Below are positions 1 through 13,140 of a DNA stretch of 64,000 bases, in pieces (position 1 is the stretch's first letter; the number at the start of each line of letters is the position of its first letter). This stretch comes from Chiloscyllium plagiosum (taxonomy: Eukaryota). Made by a program: the position numbers and the translations under genes. The DNA lies in assembly GCF_004010195.1 (NCBI RefSeq), contig NC_057717.1:73560087-73624086 (forward strand), in the 5' to 3' direction. The notes under the pieces were generated by a model. It saw only the letters and a list, made by a program, of their open reading frames with translations, was not told the origin of the DNA and searched no databases.

Positions 1-66
1 TCAGTTAACAATATTAATACAAGGGAAAGTAATTGTGTATTTTCAACGTCCTTGTACTTAATAACA

Positions 67-1320
67 ATTTGGTTAGCATGGTTTTGTGAAGGGCAGGTCG
101 TGCCTCACAAACCTTATTGAATTCTTTGAAAAGGTGACGAAGGAGGTTGATGAGGGGATAGCGGTAGATGTGGTATATATGGATTTTGTAAGGTGTTTGA
201 TAAGGTTCCCCATGGTAGGCTACTGCAGAAAATACGGAGATATGGCATTGAGGGTGAGTTGGAGGTTTGGATTAGGGATTGGCTGGATGGAAGAAGACAG
301 AGGGTAGTAGTTGATGGCAAAGTTTCTTCATGGAGTGCCGTCACTAGCGGTGTTCCGCAAGGATCTGTTTTGGGACCATTGCTGTTTGTCATTTTTATAA
401 ATGACCTGGAAGAGGGGTTAGAAGGTTGGGTGAGCAAGTTTGCGGATGATACGAAAGTTGGTGGAGTTGTTGACAGTGAGGAAGGATGTGGCAGGTTACA
501 GGAGGATATAGAGAAGCTGCAGAGCTGTGCAGAAAGGTGGCAAATGGAATTCAATGTAGCTAAGTTTGAGGTGATTCACTTTGGGAAGAATAACAAAAAG
601 ATGGGGTACTGGGCTAATGGTTAGATACTTGGTAGTGTGGATGAGCTAGGGATCTTGGTGTCCATGTACACAGATCTCTGAAAGTTGCCACCCAGGTAAA
701 TAGTGCGGTGAAGGCGGCATATGGCGTACTGGCTTTTATTGGTAGAGGAATTGAGTTCCAGAGTCCTGAGCTCGTGTTGCAGTTGTATAAGACTCTGGTG
801 CGGCTGCATCTGGAGTATTGTGTGCAGTTTTGGTCGCCATATTATAGGAAGGATGTGGAGGCACTGGGACGGGTGCAGAGGAGGTTTACCAGGATGTTGC
901 CTGGTATGGTAGGAAGATCGTATGAGGAAAGGCTGAGGCACGTGGGGCTGTTTTCATTGGAGAAAAGAAGGTTTAGGGGTGACTTGATAGAGGTATCCAA
1001 GATGATTAGGGGTTTAGATAGGGTTGACCATGAGAACCTTTTTCCACCTATGGAGTCAGCTATTACGAGGGGGCATAGCTTTAAATTAAGGGGTGGTAGG
1101 TATAGGACAGATGTTAGGGGTAAATTCTTTATTCAGCGAGTCATAAGTTCATGGAATGCCCTGCCAGTAGCAATGGTGGAGTCTCCCTCTTTATGGGCAT
1201 TTAAACGGGTATTGGATAGGCATATGGAGGATAGTGGGCTAGTGTAGGTTAAGTGGTCTTGGATCGGCGCAACATCGAGGGCCAAAGGGCCTGTACTGTG
1301 CTGTATTTTTCTATGTTCTA
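67..1320 (+). mobile_element. CR1 LINE, 5'-truncated (RT C-terminal half plus 3' tail)
   Basis: [37 protein letters not shown]; TTCTATGTTCTA tail; frameshifts. Confidence 0.95.
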
Positions 1321-1321
1321 T

Positions 1322-1560
1322 CAGCCCTGAGGACTGGGGTTTGATTCTATTCTCGGCCAACTGCCTGCGTGATGTTTCCACATTGTCCCCATGTCTGTGA
1401 GGGATTCCTCTGGGGGATCCGGTTTCCTCCTGCAGTAGAGAGATTTGCAGGTCAGGTGGGTAGTGGGAATCCTGGGTTATAGGGCTGGACCTGTGTATGA
1501 ATGGGATGCTCTTCAGAGTGTTGGTGTGGACTTGCTTCCATACTGTAGGGATCATTTGAT
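1322..1560 (+). mobile_element. Degenerate HE1-like SINE
   Basis: Matches the body of the SINE at 3396-3715. Confidence 0.6.
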
Positions 1561-3199
1561 TTGCTGGCATTTAAGAAGCTCACTTGAATATAGGTTAAAC
1601 TTCCTGAACAAAGAAATATCATCTCACTTTATACACAGAAATCAAGGAAATGTGTAATCACATGTAATGAATGACTAAGAAGTCCCAGGCTCTCATGTAC
1701 AGAATTCCACACATACACGAATATCTGAACCAAGAAATATGCCCTTACTTCAGTCTTAAAAAGATGTTTCTTTGTTTTCAGAATGTGACTCTTCGACCAA
1801 ATTACCACACCTAGGTGAAACATGCACATAGCATGTAAACTCGCTCGCTTGTTCAGACTTGCCTATGTATAAATAAGATCTCATTTCACTCCTCATAGCT
1901 CAAAGAAAAAAATGTGCATTATCCTGGCATTGGACACGTTTATTTTCCCAAGATTCAATCCCAAGAGTGGCTTGGCAAAACAGTTAAAATTGGTATATCC
2001 CTCCCTCAGAAAAAACATCAAACATATGCACAGATCTCCAGACAGTGTATCACTGACCTCCATTAGAATTCAGTTCATTTAGGTTAGTGTCTAGATGCCT
2101 GCTTTCCAATACAGAGAAATACGAACAGCTTGCTTTTGATTTTCACACTGGCTGATCTTCAATTGAAAGATTCTCCTTCTAAACCTTTACCTTCGATTGA
2201 GACATAGACCCTAGGGTTAATCTAGCACCAGACATCTCTGTCTATTGAGAGAACAGATCTATGGTCCATTAAAATGGTAGCAACTTTACCTTTCCATCAT
2301 ATTTCAATGCATTTTGTAAGACAATATAACATCTAATTTATTTCCGATAACTATGGATATCTGTGTATGAGATAAAGAAACAAGGTGATTCTCCACCTAA
2401 CCACTCCCCCCACCCCTCCAACAAAAAAAAACAACAGAGAAGGAATAAACCACATGATTTCTATTAAGTCGTTTAATATAACAAACAAGACAAAATTGGT
2501 GAAATAAATCTACAATTGGCAGCCACACATTAGAAAAAAGACAGAATGTCAGAACCAGTTCTGTTCCCTAAGAATGGACATGCAGACTGCGTTGAGGAGA
2601 AAGTTTAACCAGCACTGATGGTGTTTCTTCACCTATTGGGGCAGTATTATAGCTCTTGTAGACAGAATTCATTCAAAACTGAGGTGATGAGTAGGATGTC
2701 TGGCTTTTCCTCCTATAGCGGCCTGCTTGACAGATAATTACTTTTGGGAAGACAGGGGCTTATATTTGATTCAATCATGCTCTGCATTCAGAGTGTATTT
2801 CTCTCGCACACCCCGTTCCCCTACACCTCTCATTCTCACAATCCCAGCAAGCACATGCATAAACACACACAGACTCTCTCTCTCCCACCCGTTCGCAGAG
2901 ACTCTCTCAGCCATTCTGCGAAAAAAACACTCTCTTTCTTTTAGACTTGCACTCATACTCTGGTTCCTATTTACACACAAATATTCTCTATCTTCACACA
3001 CCTTAACACCAGAACATACTGGCTCACAGTCCCATATAAATATGTTCTCAACACCACACATGGACACACACATGCAAGCACATGTGTAGAGGCGTTCCAC
3101 TACAAGTGCATAGATGTGTAAGTGCACAACCACACTGGCAAGTAACATTTACATCACACAAATGCTAGTCTGTGAACATCGCGAATAAGAGACCGTCTA

Positions 3200-4200
3200 A
3201 CCACCGCTCCTTGGCATTCACTCATTTTCATACCAATGAATTCCCCACTATCAACATCGTGGGGGTTATCATTGATATAAAGCTCAACTGGACTCACCAC
3301 ATACACACAATGGCGACAACAGCAGGTCAGATGCTAGGAATACTACAGTGAGTAACCTTCCTGACTGCTCAAAGCCTGTCTACCTCCGAAAGGCAGAAGT
3401 GGCGCAGTGGTTAGCACTGCTGCCTCACAGCGCCGGAGACCCGCGTTGAATTCCCGCCTCGGGCAACTGTCTGTATGGAGTTTGTACATTCTCCCTGTAT
3501 CTGCGTGGGTTTCCTCTGGGTGCTCCGGTTTTCTCAAACAGTCACAAAATTGTGCAGGTTAGGTGAATTGGCCATGCTAAATTGCCCGTAGTGTTAGGTG
3601 AAGGGGTAAATGTAGGGGAATGGGTCTGGGTGGGTTGCTCTTCAGAGGGTTGGTGTGGACTTGTTGGGACGAAGGGCCTGTTGCCACACTGTAAGTAATC
3701 TAGTCTAATCTAATCAAGTCAGGTGTGTGATTGAATACTTCTCATTTTTGGATGAGTGTATCCTCAACAACATTCAATAACCTTGACACTATCCAGGGCA
3801 AAGCAGCTTGCTTGTTTGGCGCTACGTCCACAAGCATTCACTTCCTCCAGCAACAACCCCAGTCACGGTGGTGTGTAACAGCTACAAGATGCACTGCTGA
3901 AATTCACCAAACATCCCCAGAGAGCACCTTCTAAACCCAAGACCATTTCCATCTGGAATGACATGGGCAGCACAGCACATATACAGGAATGCCGCCACCT
4001 TCAAATTCCGTCCAAGTCCATCACCATCCTCACTTCTAAACTGTCGCCAATTCAATAACCTTTAATTATCTCCCTGACGGCATTGTGGATCAACACACAG
4101 CAGATGGACATCAGCAATTCATGAAGGCAACTCATCACGTTCACAAGGGATGGGCAACAAATGCTGGCTGATCAGTGATGCCCACATTCCAGCAAATGCA
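3200..4200 (+). mobile_element. Old LINE (CR1/L2 group) 3' fragment, interrupted by a SINE; counterpart at 40870-41590
   Basis: Counterpart translates GVAIDKKLNWTHQI..ILQEVTHLL..MEYSPLAW, typical of a LINE RT C-terminus. Confidence 0.6.
3396..3715 (+). mobile_element. HE1-type tRNA-derived SINE, full length
   Basis: A-box TGGCGCAGTGGTTAGC, B-box-like GTTGAATTCCC, TGTGGAGTTTGCACATTCTCCC-like core, CR1-derived 3' end, (CTAAT)n tail. Confidence 0.9.
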
Positions 4201-4236
4201 TACAAAGACAAAAACACTACATACTGTTTCCTCTGG

Positions 4237-6512
4237 GAGAAAGTGAGGACTGCAGATGCTGGAGATCAGAGCTGAAAAACGTGTTGCTGAAAAAGGGCAG
4301 CAGGTCAGGCAGCATCCAAGGAGCAGGACAATTGACGTTTCAGGCATAAGCCCTTCTTCAGGAATGAGAAGGGTGTGCCAAGCAGGCTAAGATAAAAGGT
4401 AGGGAGGAGAGACTTGGGGGAGGGGCGTTCGGAATGCAATAGGTGGAAGGAGGTTAAGGTGAGAGTGAGGGGGAGGGGAAATGAGGAAGCTGGAGAAATC
4501 TGCATTCAGCCCTTGTGGTTGGAGGGTTCCTGAGTGGAAGATGAGGTGCTCTTGCTCCAGGCATCGTGTTGTCATGGTCTGGCGATAGAGGAGGGCAAGG
4601 ATCTGCATGACCTTGGCAGAGTGGGAGGGGGAGTTAAAGTGTTCAGCCACATGGCGGTTGGGTTGGTTGTTGCGGGTGTCCCAGAGGTGTTCTCTGAAAT
4701 GTTCCGCAAGTAGGCGGCCTGTCTCCCAAATGTAGAGGAGGCCACATCAGGTGCAGCGGATGCAGAAAATGATGTGCGTGGAGGTGCAGGTGAATTTGTG
4801 ATGGATATGGAAGAATCCCTTGGGGCCTCAGAGGGAAGTGAGATGAGAGGTGTGGATGCAAGTTTTGCATTTCTTGCGGTTGCAGGGGAAGGTGTCGGGA
4901 GTGGAGGTTGGGTTGGTGGGGGTGTGGACTTGACGAGGGAGTTGCGGAGGGAGTGGTCTTTCTGGAACGCTGATAAGGGAGGGGAGGGAAATATATCCTT
5001 GGTGGTGGGGTGTGTTTGGAGGTGGTAGAAATGATGAATGATGATAATATATATCTGGAGGTTGGTGGGGTGGTAGGTGAGGACCAGTGGTGTTCTGTCC
5101 TGGTGGCGATTGGAGGGGCGGGGTTCAAGGACAGAAGAGCGGGAAGTGGGGGAGATGTGGTGGAGAGTATTGTCGATCATGTCTGGGGGGAAATTGCGGT
5201 CTTTGATGAAGGAGGCCATCTGGGTTGTTCGGTATTGGAATTGGTCCTTCTGGGAGCAGATGCAGCAGAGGCGAAGGAATTGGGAATATGAGATGGCGTT
5301 TTTACCGGGGTCAGGGTGGGAGGAGGTGTAATCTAGGTAGCTGTGGGAGTCGGTCGGTTTACAGTAAATGTCCGTGTTGAGTCGGTCGCCCGAGGTAGAA
5401 ATTGAGAGGTCTCGGAAGGGGAGGGCAGAGTCTGAGATGGTCCAGGTCTATTTGAGGTCGGGGTGGAAGGTGTTGGTAAAAGTGGATGAACTGTTCAACC
5501 TCCTCGTGGGCGCACGAGGTAGCGCCAATATAGTCATCGATGTTGTGGAGGAAAAGGTGAGGGGTAGTGCCAGTGTAGCTGTGGAAGATGGACTGTTCCA
5601 CATATCTGACGAAGAGGCAGGCATAGCTGGGGCCCATGCGGGTGCTCATAGCTACTCCTTTGGTTTGGAGGAAGTGGGAGGATTGGAAAGAGAAGTTGTT
5701 CAGAGTGATGACCAGGTCAGTCAGTCGAAGGAGGGTGTCAGTGGAAGGGTACTGGTTGGTTCGGCGTGAAAGGAAGAAGCGGAGGGCTTTGAGGCCTTCG
5801 TAATGGGGGATAGAGGTGTATAGGGACTGGACGTCCATGGTGAAGATAAGGCGTTGGGGGCCGGGGAAGCGAATATCATGGAGGAGTTGGAGGGCGTGGG
5901 TGGTGTCTCGAACATAGGTTGGGAGTTCTTGGACGAAGGGGGACAGGACTGTGTTGAGGTATGCAGAGATGAGTTCGGTGGGGCAGAAGCAGGCTGAAAC
6001 AATGGGTTGGCCGGGGCAGTCAGGTTGTGGATTTTGGGCAAGAGGTAGAAATGGCAATGCGGGGTTGTGGGACTATGAGGTTGGAGGCGATGAATGGGAG
6101 ATCCCGTGAGGTGATGAGGTTATGGATGGTCTGGGAGATGATTGTTTGGTCATGGTCAAGGGGCAGTAGGATGAGGTGTCCGTGAGCTGGTGTTTAGACT
6201 CAGCGGTGTAAAGGTTCGTGTGCCAAACTACCACCAAGCCTCCCTTATCTGCTGGTTCGATAGTGAGGTTGGGGTTGGAATGGAGGAATGCACGTTGCGA
6301 GGGTGAGAGTTTGGAGTGGGTGAGAGGGTTGGATAGGTTGAGGCGGGTAATGTCGCGGCGGCAGTTGGCTATGAAGAGATCGAGGGCAGGTAAGAGGCCA
6401 GCACAGAGTGTCCAGGTGGATGGGGTGTGTTGGAGGCGGGAGAAGGGGTCATCAGAGGGTGGGCGGGAATCCTGGTTGAAGAAGTAGGCATGGAGGCGAA
6501 GGCAGCAGAAGA
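4237..6512 (-). mobile_element. Penelope-like retroelement (RT plus GIY-YIG endonuclease), with terminal repeat carrying a hammerhead motif
   Basis: FTMDVQSLYTSIP, QTKGVAMSTRMGPSYA, NIDDYIG RT motifs; C-terminal MAEHFNSPSH..EQEHLIF GIY-YIG region; frameshifted. Confidence 0.9.
4333..4362 (-). ncRNA. Minimal hammerhead ribozyme motif (Penelope-associated)
   Basis: Minus strand CTGAAGA-A-GGGC-TTAT-GCCT-GAAAC-GTC. Confidence 0.6.
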
Positions 6513-6714
6513 ATTAGATTAGATTAGATTACAGTGTGGAAACAGGCCCTTTGGGCCAACAAGTCCACACCGACCCGCCGAAGCGAAACCCACCCATACC
6601 CCTACATTTACCCCTTACCTAACACTACAGGCAATTTAGCAGGGCCAATTCACCTGACCTGCACATCTTTGGATGGTGGGAGGAAACCGGAGCAGCCGGA
6701 GGAAACCCACGCAG
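6513..6714 (-). mobile_element. HE1-type SINE 3' part, cut by assembly gap
   Basis: (ATTAG)n tail and reverse complement of the SINE body. Confidence 0.85.
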
Positions 6715-7142
6715 NNNNNNNNNNNNNNNNNNNNNNNNNNNNNNNNNNNNNNNNNNNNNNNNNNNNNNNNNNNNNNNNNNNNNNNNNNNNNNNNNNNNNN
6801 NNNNNNNNNNNNNNNNNNNNNNNNNNNNNNNNNNNNNNNNNNNNNNNNNNNNNNNNNNNNNNNNNNNNNNNNNNNNNNNNNNNNNNNNNNNNNNNNNNNN
6901 NNNNNNNNNNNNNNNNNNNNNNNNNNNNNNNNNNNNNNNNNNNNNNNNNNNNNNNNNNNNNNNNNNNNNNNNNNNNNNNNNNNNNNNNNNNNNNNNNNNN
7001 NNNNNNNNNNNNNNNNNNNNNNNNNNNNNNNNNNNNNNNNNNNNNNNNNNNNNNNNNNNNNNNNNNNNNNNNNNNNNNNNNNNNNNNNNNNNNNNNNNNN
7101 NNNNNNNNNNNNNNNNNNNNNNNNNNNNNNNNNNNNNNNNNN
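6715..7142. other. Assembly gap
   Basis: N run. Confidence 1.
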
Positions 7143-7910
7143 CTTATCTCCACCCCACGCCTAACACGGCCGCCACTCCAAGCTCCAATCCCACACCAGG
7201 TCCGATCTCCCAGCCCTGCCGTATTTTCACTATCCCTCCAGACCTCCCCCTCTCTCAGGATGAAAGAATCGTCCTCAGCAGAGGCCTCACCTTCATCCCC
7301 CTATGCTCCCGGATTAACGAGTTCAACACGCGGTGAGACATCGACCAATTCTTCCGTTCCTTCGCCTCCGTGCCTACTTCTTCAACCACGATTCTCTGAG
7401 GACCCCTTCTCCTGCCCCCAACACACCCCATCCACCTGGACACTGTGTGCTGGCCTCTTACCTGCCCTCAATCTCTTCATAGCTAACTGCCGCTGCAACA
7501 TTGACCGCTTCAACCTTCCACCCCTCTCACCCACTCCAACCTCTCACCCTCGCAACGTGCAGCCCTCCACTCCCTTCGATCCAACCCCAACCTCAATATC
7601 GAACCAGCAGACAAGGGAGGCGCGGTGGTAGTTTGGTGCACCGATCTTTACATTGCTGAGGCTAAATGCCAGCTCGCGGACACCTCCTCTTACTACCCCC
7701 TTGACCATGACCCCACCTCCCACCACCAAACCATCATCTCCCAGACCATCTATAACCTTATCACCTCAGGGGATCTCCCATCCACCACCGCCAACCTCAT
7801 AGTCTCACAAACCCGCACCACCCGTTTCTACCTCCTGCCCAAAATCCACAAACCTGACTGCCCCAGCCGACCCATTGTCTCAGCCTGTTCCTGCCCCACC
7901 GAACTCACCT
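7143..7910 (+). mobile_element. Penelope-like element fragment (pre-RT region)
   Basis: RFYLLPKIHKPDCPSRPIVSACSCPTEL; same family as 4237-6512, opposite strand. Confidence 0.85.
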
Positions 7911-10900
7911 TAAAGTTGGCAAGTCTATTACTGTTGCAGGCAGTGCATTGCACGCTCCTACTAATCTCTGAGTAAAGAACCTACTGCTGACATCACTCCA
8001 ATATCTATCACCCCTCAATTTAAAGTTATGTCCTGAAGTGCTAACCGTCATCATCCGAGGAAAAATGATTTCATTATCCACCCCTCTCTAACCCTTTGAT
8101 TATCTTGTATGTCTCAACTAAATTACATCTCGACCATCTTCTGTCGAACGAAAACAGCCTGAAGTCCTTCAAACTTTCCTCATACGACCGTCCCTCCATA
8201 CCAGGCAACATCCTAGTAAGTCTACTCTCAAACATTTTCAAAGCTTCTATACCCTTCCGATCCAAATCCTTTCAGTTCGGTGACCACAACTGTACAGAAT
8301 ACTCAAAGTACAGCTGCACCAGAGTTCTGGACAGTTGCAGCATGGACTTGTGGCTCCGAAGCCCAATCCCTCTACCAATAAAAGGTAATAGATCATATAC
8401 CTTCCAAACAACCCTACCCGTCTGGGTGGCAACTTTCAGGGATCTATGTACATGGGCACCGAGATCTCTCCGCTCCTCCACACCACTAAAAATCTTACCA
8501 TTAGTCCAGTACTCGTTATTCCTGCTGCTCCTTCCAAAGTGAATCACCTCACACTTTGCCGCATTAAAATCCATTTGCCACATCTCAGCCCAGCTCTGCA
8601 GCTTATCTATGTCACTCTGTAAATGCAACATCCTTCAGCACTATTCACAACTCCACCGACCATAGTGTCATCTGCAAATTTACTAAGCCATCATTCTACC
8701 CCTCACCTAGATCATTTATAAACATGAAAAACAGCAGTGGCCCCAAAACACATCCTTGTGGTTCACTACTTGTAACTGAATTCCAGGATGAACATTTCAC
8801 ATCAACCACCACTCTCTGTCTTCTTTTAGCTATCCAATTTCTGATCTGCCACTAAATTATCCTCAATCCCATACCTCCATTTTGTGCAATAGCCTACCGT
8901 GGGGGACCGTATCAAACGCCTTATTGAAATCTATATTCACAACATCAACCATCCACTTGTTTAGTCACCATCTGAACGAATTCAATAAAGTTTGTGAGGC
9001 ACGAACTGCCCTTCGTAGAACTGTGTTGACTATCCATTATCAACTTATTCCTCCCTAGATGACTATAAATCCTATCTCTTATAAACGTTTCCAACATATT
9101 ACCCACAACCGAAGTAAGGCTCAAGGTTACCAAGGTTATCTCCACTCCCCTTCTTGAACAAGGGTGCAACATTTGCTAACCTACAGTCTGCTGGCACTAT
9201 TCCTGTAGACAGTGACGCAATAAAGTGACACAAAGGCTCTACAATCTCCTCCCTGGCTCCCCAGAGAATTAGGGATAAATTCCATCTGGCCCAAGGAACG
9301 CAACACTTTTCACACTTTCCAGAATTGTTAACACCTCCTCTCTGTGAACCTCATTCTCGCCTAGTCCAGTAGCCTGCAACTTAGTATTCTCTTCGACGAC
9401 ATTGTCTTTTTTCCAGTGTGAATAGTGACGAAAAATATTCATTTAGTGGTTGTCTTATCTCCTTGGACTCCACATACAGCTTCCCACTATTATCCTTGAT
9501 TGACCCTAATCTTTCTCCAGTCATTCTTTTATTCTTGTTATACCTATAGAAAGCTTTAGGGTATTCCTTCATCCTACCTGCAAACGACTTTTCATGTCCC
9601 CTTATGGCACGTCCTAGCTCTCTCTTTAGGTCTTTCTTGCTAAGTTAAATTTTCAAGCGGCCTAACTGCGCCTTCCCGTCTCATCCGAACACAAGCCTTC
9701 TTCTTCCTCTTGAGATTCAACTTCTTTAGTAACCCATGGCTTTCTCGGCGACCATTTCCTCCCTGCCTGCCAGGAACATACTTATCAAGGACAGTCAGTA
9801 GCTGTTCCTTGAATAAGTTCCGCATTTCAATTGTGTCCGTCCCCTACAGTTTCCTTCACCATCCTATGCATCCTAAATCTTGCTTAATCGCAAAATAATT
9901 GCCTTTCCCCCAGCAATAACTGTTGCCCTGCGTTATATACCTATCCCTTTCCATCACTGATGTAAATATAACCGAATTGTGTTCACTATCACAAAAGTGC
10001 TCACCTACCTCCAAATCTAACAACTGACTAGGTTCATTACCTAGTACCAAATCCAATGTGGCCTCGCCTTTGTTGGCTTGTCTACATACTGTGTCAGGAA
10101 ACCATCCTGCACACATTGGACAAAAAGTGACAAATCTAAATTAGTTGAACTTTAGTATTTCTGGTCAGTATTTGGAAAATTAAAGTTAAAATCACACAAC
10201 ACCAGGTTATAGTCCAACAGGTTTAATTGGAAGCACACTAACTTTCGGAGTGACACTCCTTCATCAGGTGATGAGGAGCGTCGCTCCGAAAGCTAGTGTG
10301 CTTCCAATTAAACCTGTTGGACTATAACCTGGTGTTGTGTGATTTTTAAATTTGTATACCCCAGTCCAACACTGGCATCTCCAAATCATGGAAAATTAAA
10401 GTTTCACATAAGAATTATCCTGTTACTTTCGCTCCTAACCAGAATTATCTTTGTTATTCTTTCCTCTATGTCTCTGGAACTATTCAGAAGAGTATAGAAA
10501 ACTCCCAAAAGGATGACCATTCCTTTCCTGTTTCTAAACTCAGTCATACTACCTCAGTAGGTGAGTCCTCAAACATCCTTTCTGCTGCATAGTACTGTCC
10601 TTGACTAACAGTGCCCCGCCTCTTTTACCACCTTCCCTGTTCTTATTAAAACATCCAAACTCCAGAACTGCAGCAGCCATTCCTGTCCCTGCTCTATCCA
10701 TATCTCCAAAATGGCCAAAACATTGAAGTTCCAGGCACCAACCTATGCTGCAAGCACCCACCTTATTCTGGTGCTCCTGGTGTTGAAGCAGACACACTTC
10801 AAACAGCCTTCCTGCTTGCCAGTGAACTCTTGTGACCTTTAAACCTTATTTCTGACCTTACTGGAGATTGGAATTACGCTGCCCCACCCCCCCCCCCCCC

Positions 10901-11220
10901 CCCCCCGCCCCAAGGATTTTGTTACCCCTCTTGTTCAGTTGTAATCCATCCTGTTGTGGAGGTCCCACCTACCCCAGAATAATCCCCAATTATGCAGGTA
11001 TCCCAAACCCTCCCTTCTGTAAACTTCCCGGTAGCCACATTTTCAACTCCTCTGTCTCACTATACCTTGCCTCGCTAACACGTGGCATGGTCAACAAATC
11101 AGAAGGAACAGTTGTGTTTTATTTTCTGGCACTAAGCTTCCACCCTATACCCCTGAAGTTCTGCCTTGAATCACCATTCCTTTTCCAACAGATGTCGTTA
11201 GCACCTATGTGGACCACATA
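7910..11220 (-). mobile_element. Long degenerate CR1 LINE (ORF1 esterase remnant, endonuclease, RT)
   Basis: VVHIGANDI (SGNH-type ORF1), ATLDLVLGNEP, SLTSVVG, KCEVIHFG motifs in minus-strand ORFs. Confidence 0.9.
10188..10388. mobile_element. Short palindromic Penelope-derived insertion with back-to-back hammerhead motifs
   Basis: ~79-bp inverted arms 10188-10266 and 10269-10346; 15-bp direct repeat TGGAAAATTAAAGTT at 10173-10187 and 10389-10403. Confidence 0.75.
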
Positions 11221-11574
11221 ATGGACTATTAATGTGTTCATCAAGGTTTTTTTCTTGAATGCTGCTATTGTGGCAGCTTCAACCAACACCTCTGCCAGCG
11301 CAATCCAGTCACTCACAGCTCTTTGTGTGATAAATATGACTCACACATCTCTTGTGAACGACCTCCCCACCCCAGACATTTGAGCCTGTGTCTGCTAAAT
11401 AATTGATCCTTCCAACCTGGGAAGTGTTTCATACTTTCCATTCAGTCCATACCATTCATAATCTTATAAACATCTACAGCAAACTTTCTTGACATCGTGG
11501 CCATTTTTTACTATCTTATCTACCTGTGTTGCCACCTTCAGTGGTGTCTGAATGGGCACACCCAGATCACTCTG

Positions 11575-11920
11575 TATGTAAGATAATGAAAGGCATATAT
11601 AGAGTCGATAGCCAGAGACTATTTCCCAGGGTAGAAATGACTAACACGAGGGGTCATAGTTTTAAGCTTTTTGGAGGAAAGTATAGAGGGGATGTCAGAG
11701 GCGGGTTCTTTACACAGTGAGTTGTGAGAGCATGGAATGCGTTGCCAGCAGCAGTTGTGGATGCAGGGTCATTTGGGACATTTAAGAGACTCCTGGACAT
11801 GCATATGGTCACAGAAATTTGAGGGCGCATACATGAGGATCAGTGGTCGGCACAACATCGTGGGGCTGAAGGGCCTGTTCTGTGCTGTACTGTTCTATAT
11901 TCTATGCTCTATGTTCTATA
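11575..11920 (+). mobile_element. CR1 3' end
   Basis: LFPRVEMTNTRGHSFK..FFTQ; TTCTAT repeats. Confidence 0.85.
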
Positions 11921-11924
11921 ACTA

Positions 11925-13140
11925 CTTATAAGAGTTCTGCTATTCACAGTATAATTTCCACCCATACTTAACCTTCCAAAATGCACCACTTCGCATTTGT
12001 CTAGATTAAACTCCATATAGTATTTTACTGCCCAGTCCTCAGATCTATATCCTGGTATATCCTCTAACAATCCTCCTCACTCTCACGAACTCCACCAATC
12101 TTTGCACCATCTGCAAATTTACTGTATGGATCTGCTACGTTGTCCTGTAATTAATTACGTAAATCACGAACAGCAGAGATCCCAGCACTGATCTCCATGG
12201 AACACCACTAGTTACATTCCTCCATTCTGAAAAGTATCCTTCCACCACTACACTCTGTCCCCTATGACAAATCCAGTTTTGTATCTATTTTGTCAACTCA
12301 CACCGAGACTATGCAATTTCAGCTTTTGCACCAGTTTGCCATGAGGGACCTTGCCAAAGATTTTACTGAAGTCCATGTGGACAACAGCAAACACTTCTCC
12401 CTCATCAATCATCTTTGCCACTTACTGAAAAAAGCTCGATGAAGTTAATGAAGCTCGATCCTCCTCTGCACAAAACCATACTGTCTATTGCCAGTAAGTC
12501 CATTTGCTTCTAAATGTGTATAGATCTTGTTCCTGGGAACTGTTTCCAATAATTTATGAGCATCAACGTTATTCTCACAGGCTTGTAATTTCCAGGATTA
12601 TCCCTGTTATGCTTCTTAATCAATGGGACAACATTGTCTAATATCCAGTCCTATGAGATCTCACCTGTAGCCAAGGAGGACGCAAAGATGTCTGTCAGTG
12701 CTCCAGTAATATGTTCTCCTGCCTCCCTCAACATTCTGGGATAGATCGCACCATGACCCGGAGACTAGTCTACCATGATATATATTTTTAAGATGCTCAA
12801 CATCTCTTCCTTTTTAATAGTAACTTGGCTTAAAAACTCGACACTGCTTTCCCTGCGATCATCGTCCACCAAATCCTTGTCTTTGGTGAATACCGACAGA
12901 AAGTTTTCATTTTGGGACCCAACTCCACATAGATTGTTTTCTTTGCCCTTGCGTCGAACAACCTTTTCCCCGGATATCCTCTTGTTCTTTATATATTTTG
13001 GAAAAGGCTTGGAATTCTCTTTAGCCCTGTTTTTCTAAGAACTTTTCATAACCCCTTTTAGTCCTTCAAATTCCTTGTTTACGTAATTTCCTACTTTCCT
13101 TATAATTATATAAGTATATATATCAAGGGCTTTATCAGTT
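11925..13140 (-). mobile_element. Old CR1 remnant shared with copy 2 (55480-57010)
   Basis: Decayed reverse-complement CR1 RT motifs, collinear in both duplication copies. Confidence 0.7.

Noticed and set aside
2520-2730. J-like GTELVLT on the minus strand in the duplicated block
   Set aside because: No coherent upstream V motifs, and the homologous segment at 40200-40400 does not preserve them.
3396-3470. tRNA-like A/B boxes
   Set aside because: Head of an HE1-type SINE, not a tRNA gene.
6534-7631. Long ORFs spanning N runs (also near 28400-28900 and 32200-33400)
   Set aside because: Artefacts of translating assembly gaps.
4237-7910. Divergent Penelope copies around the first gap as one inverted element
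   Set aside because: The overlapping parts differ substantially by eye and the junction is hidden by a SINE and a gap, so independent insertions cannot be excluded.
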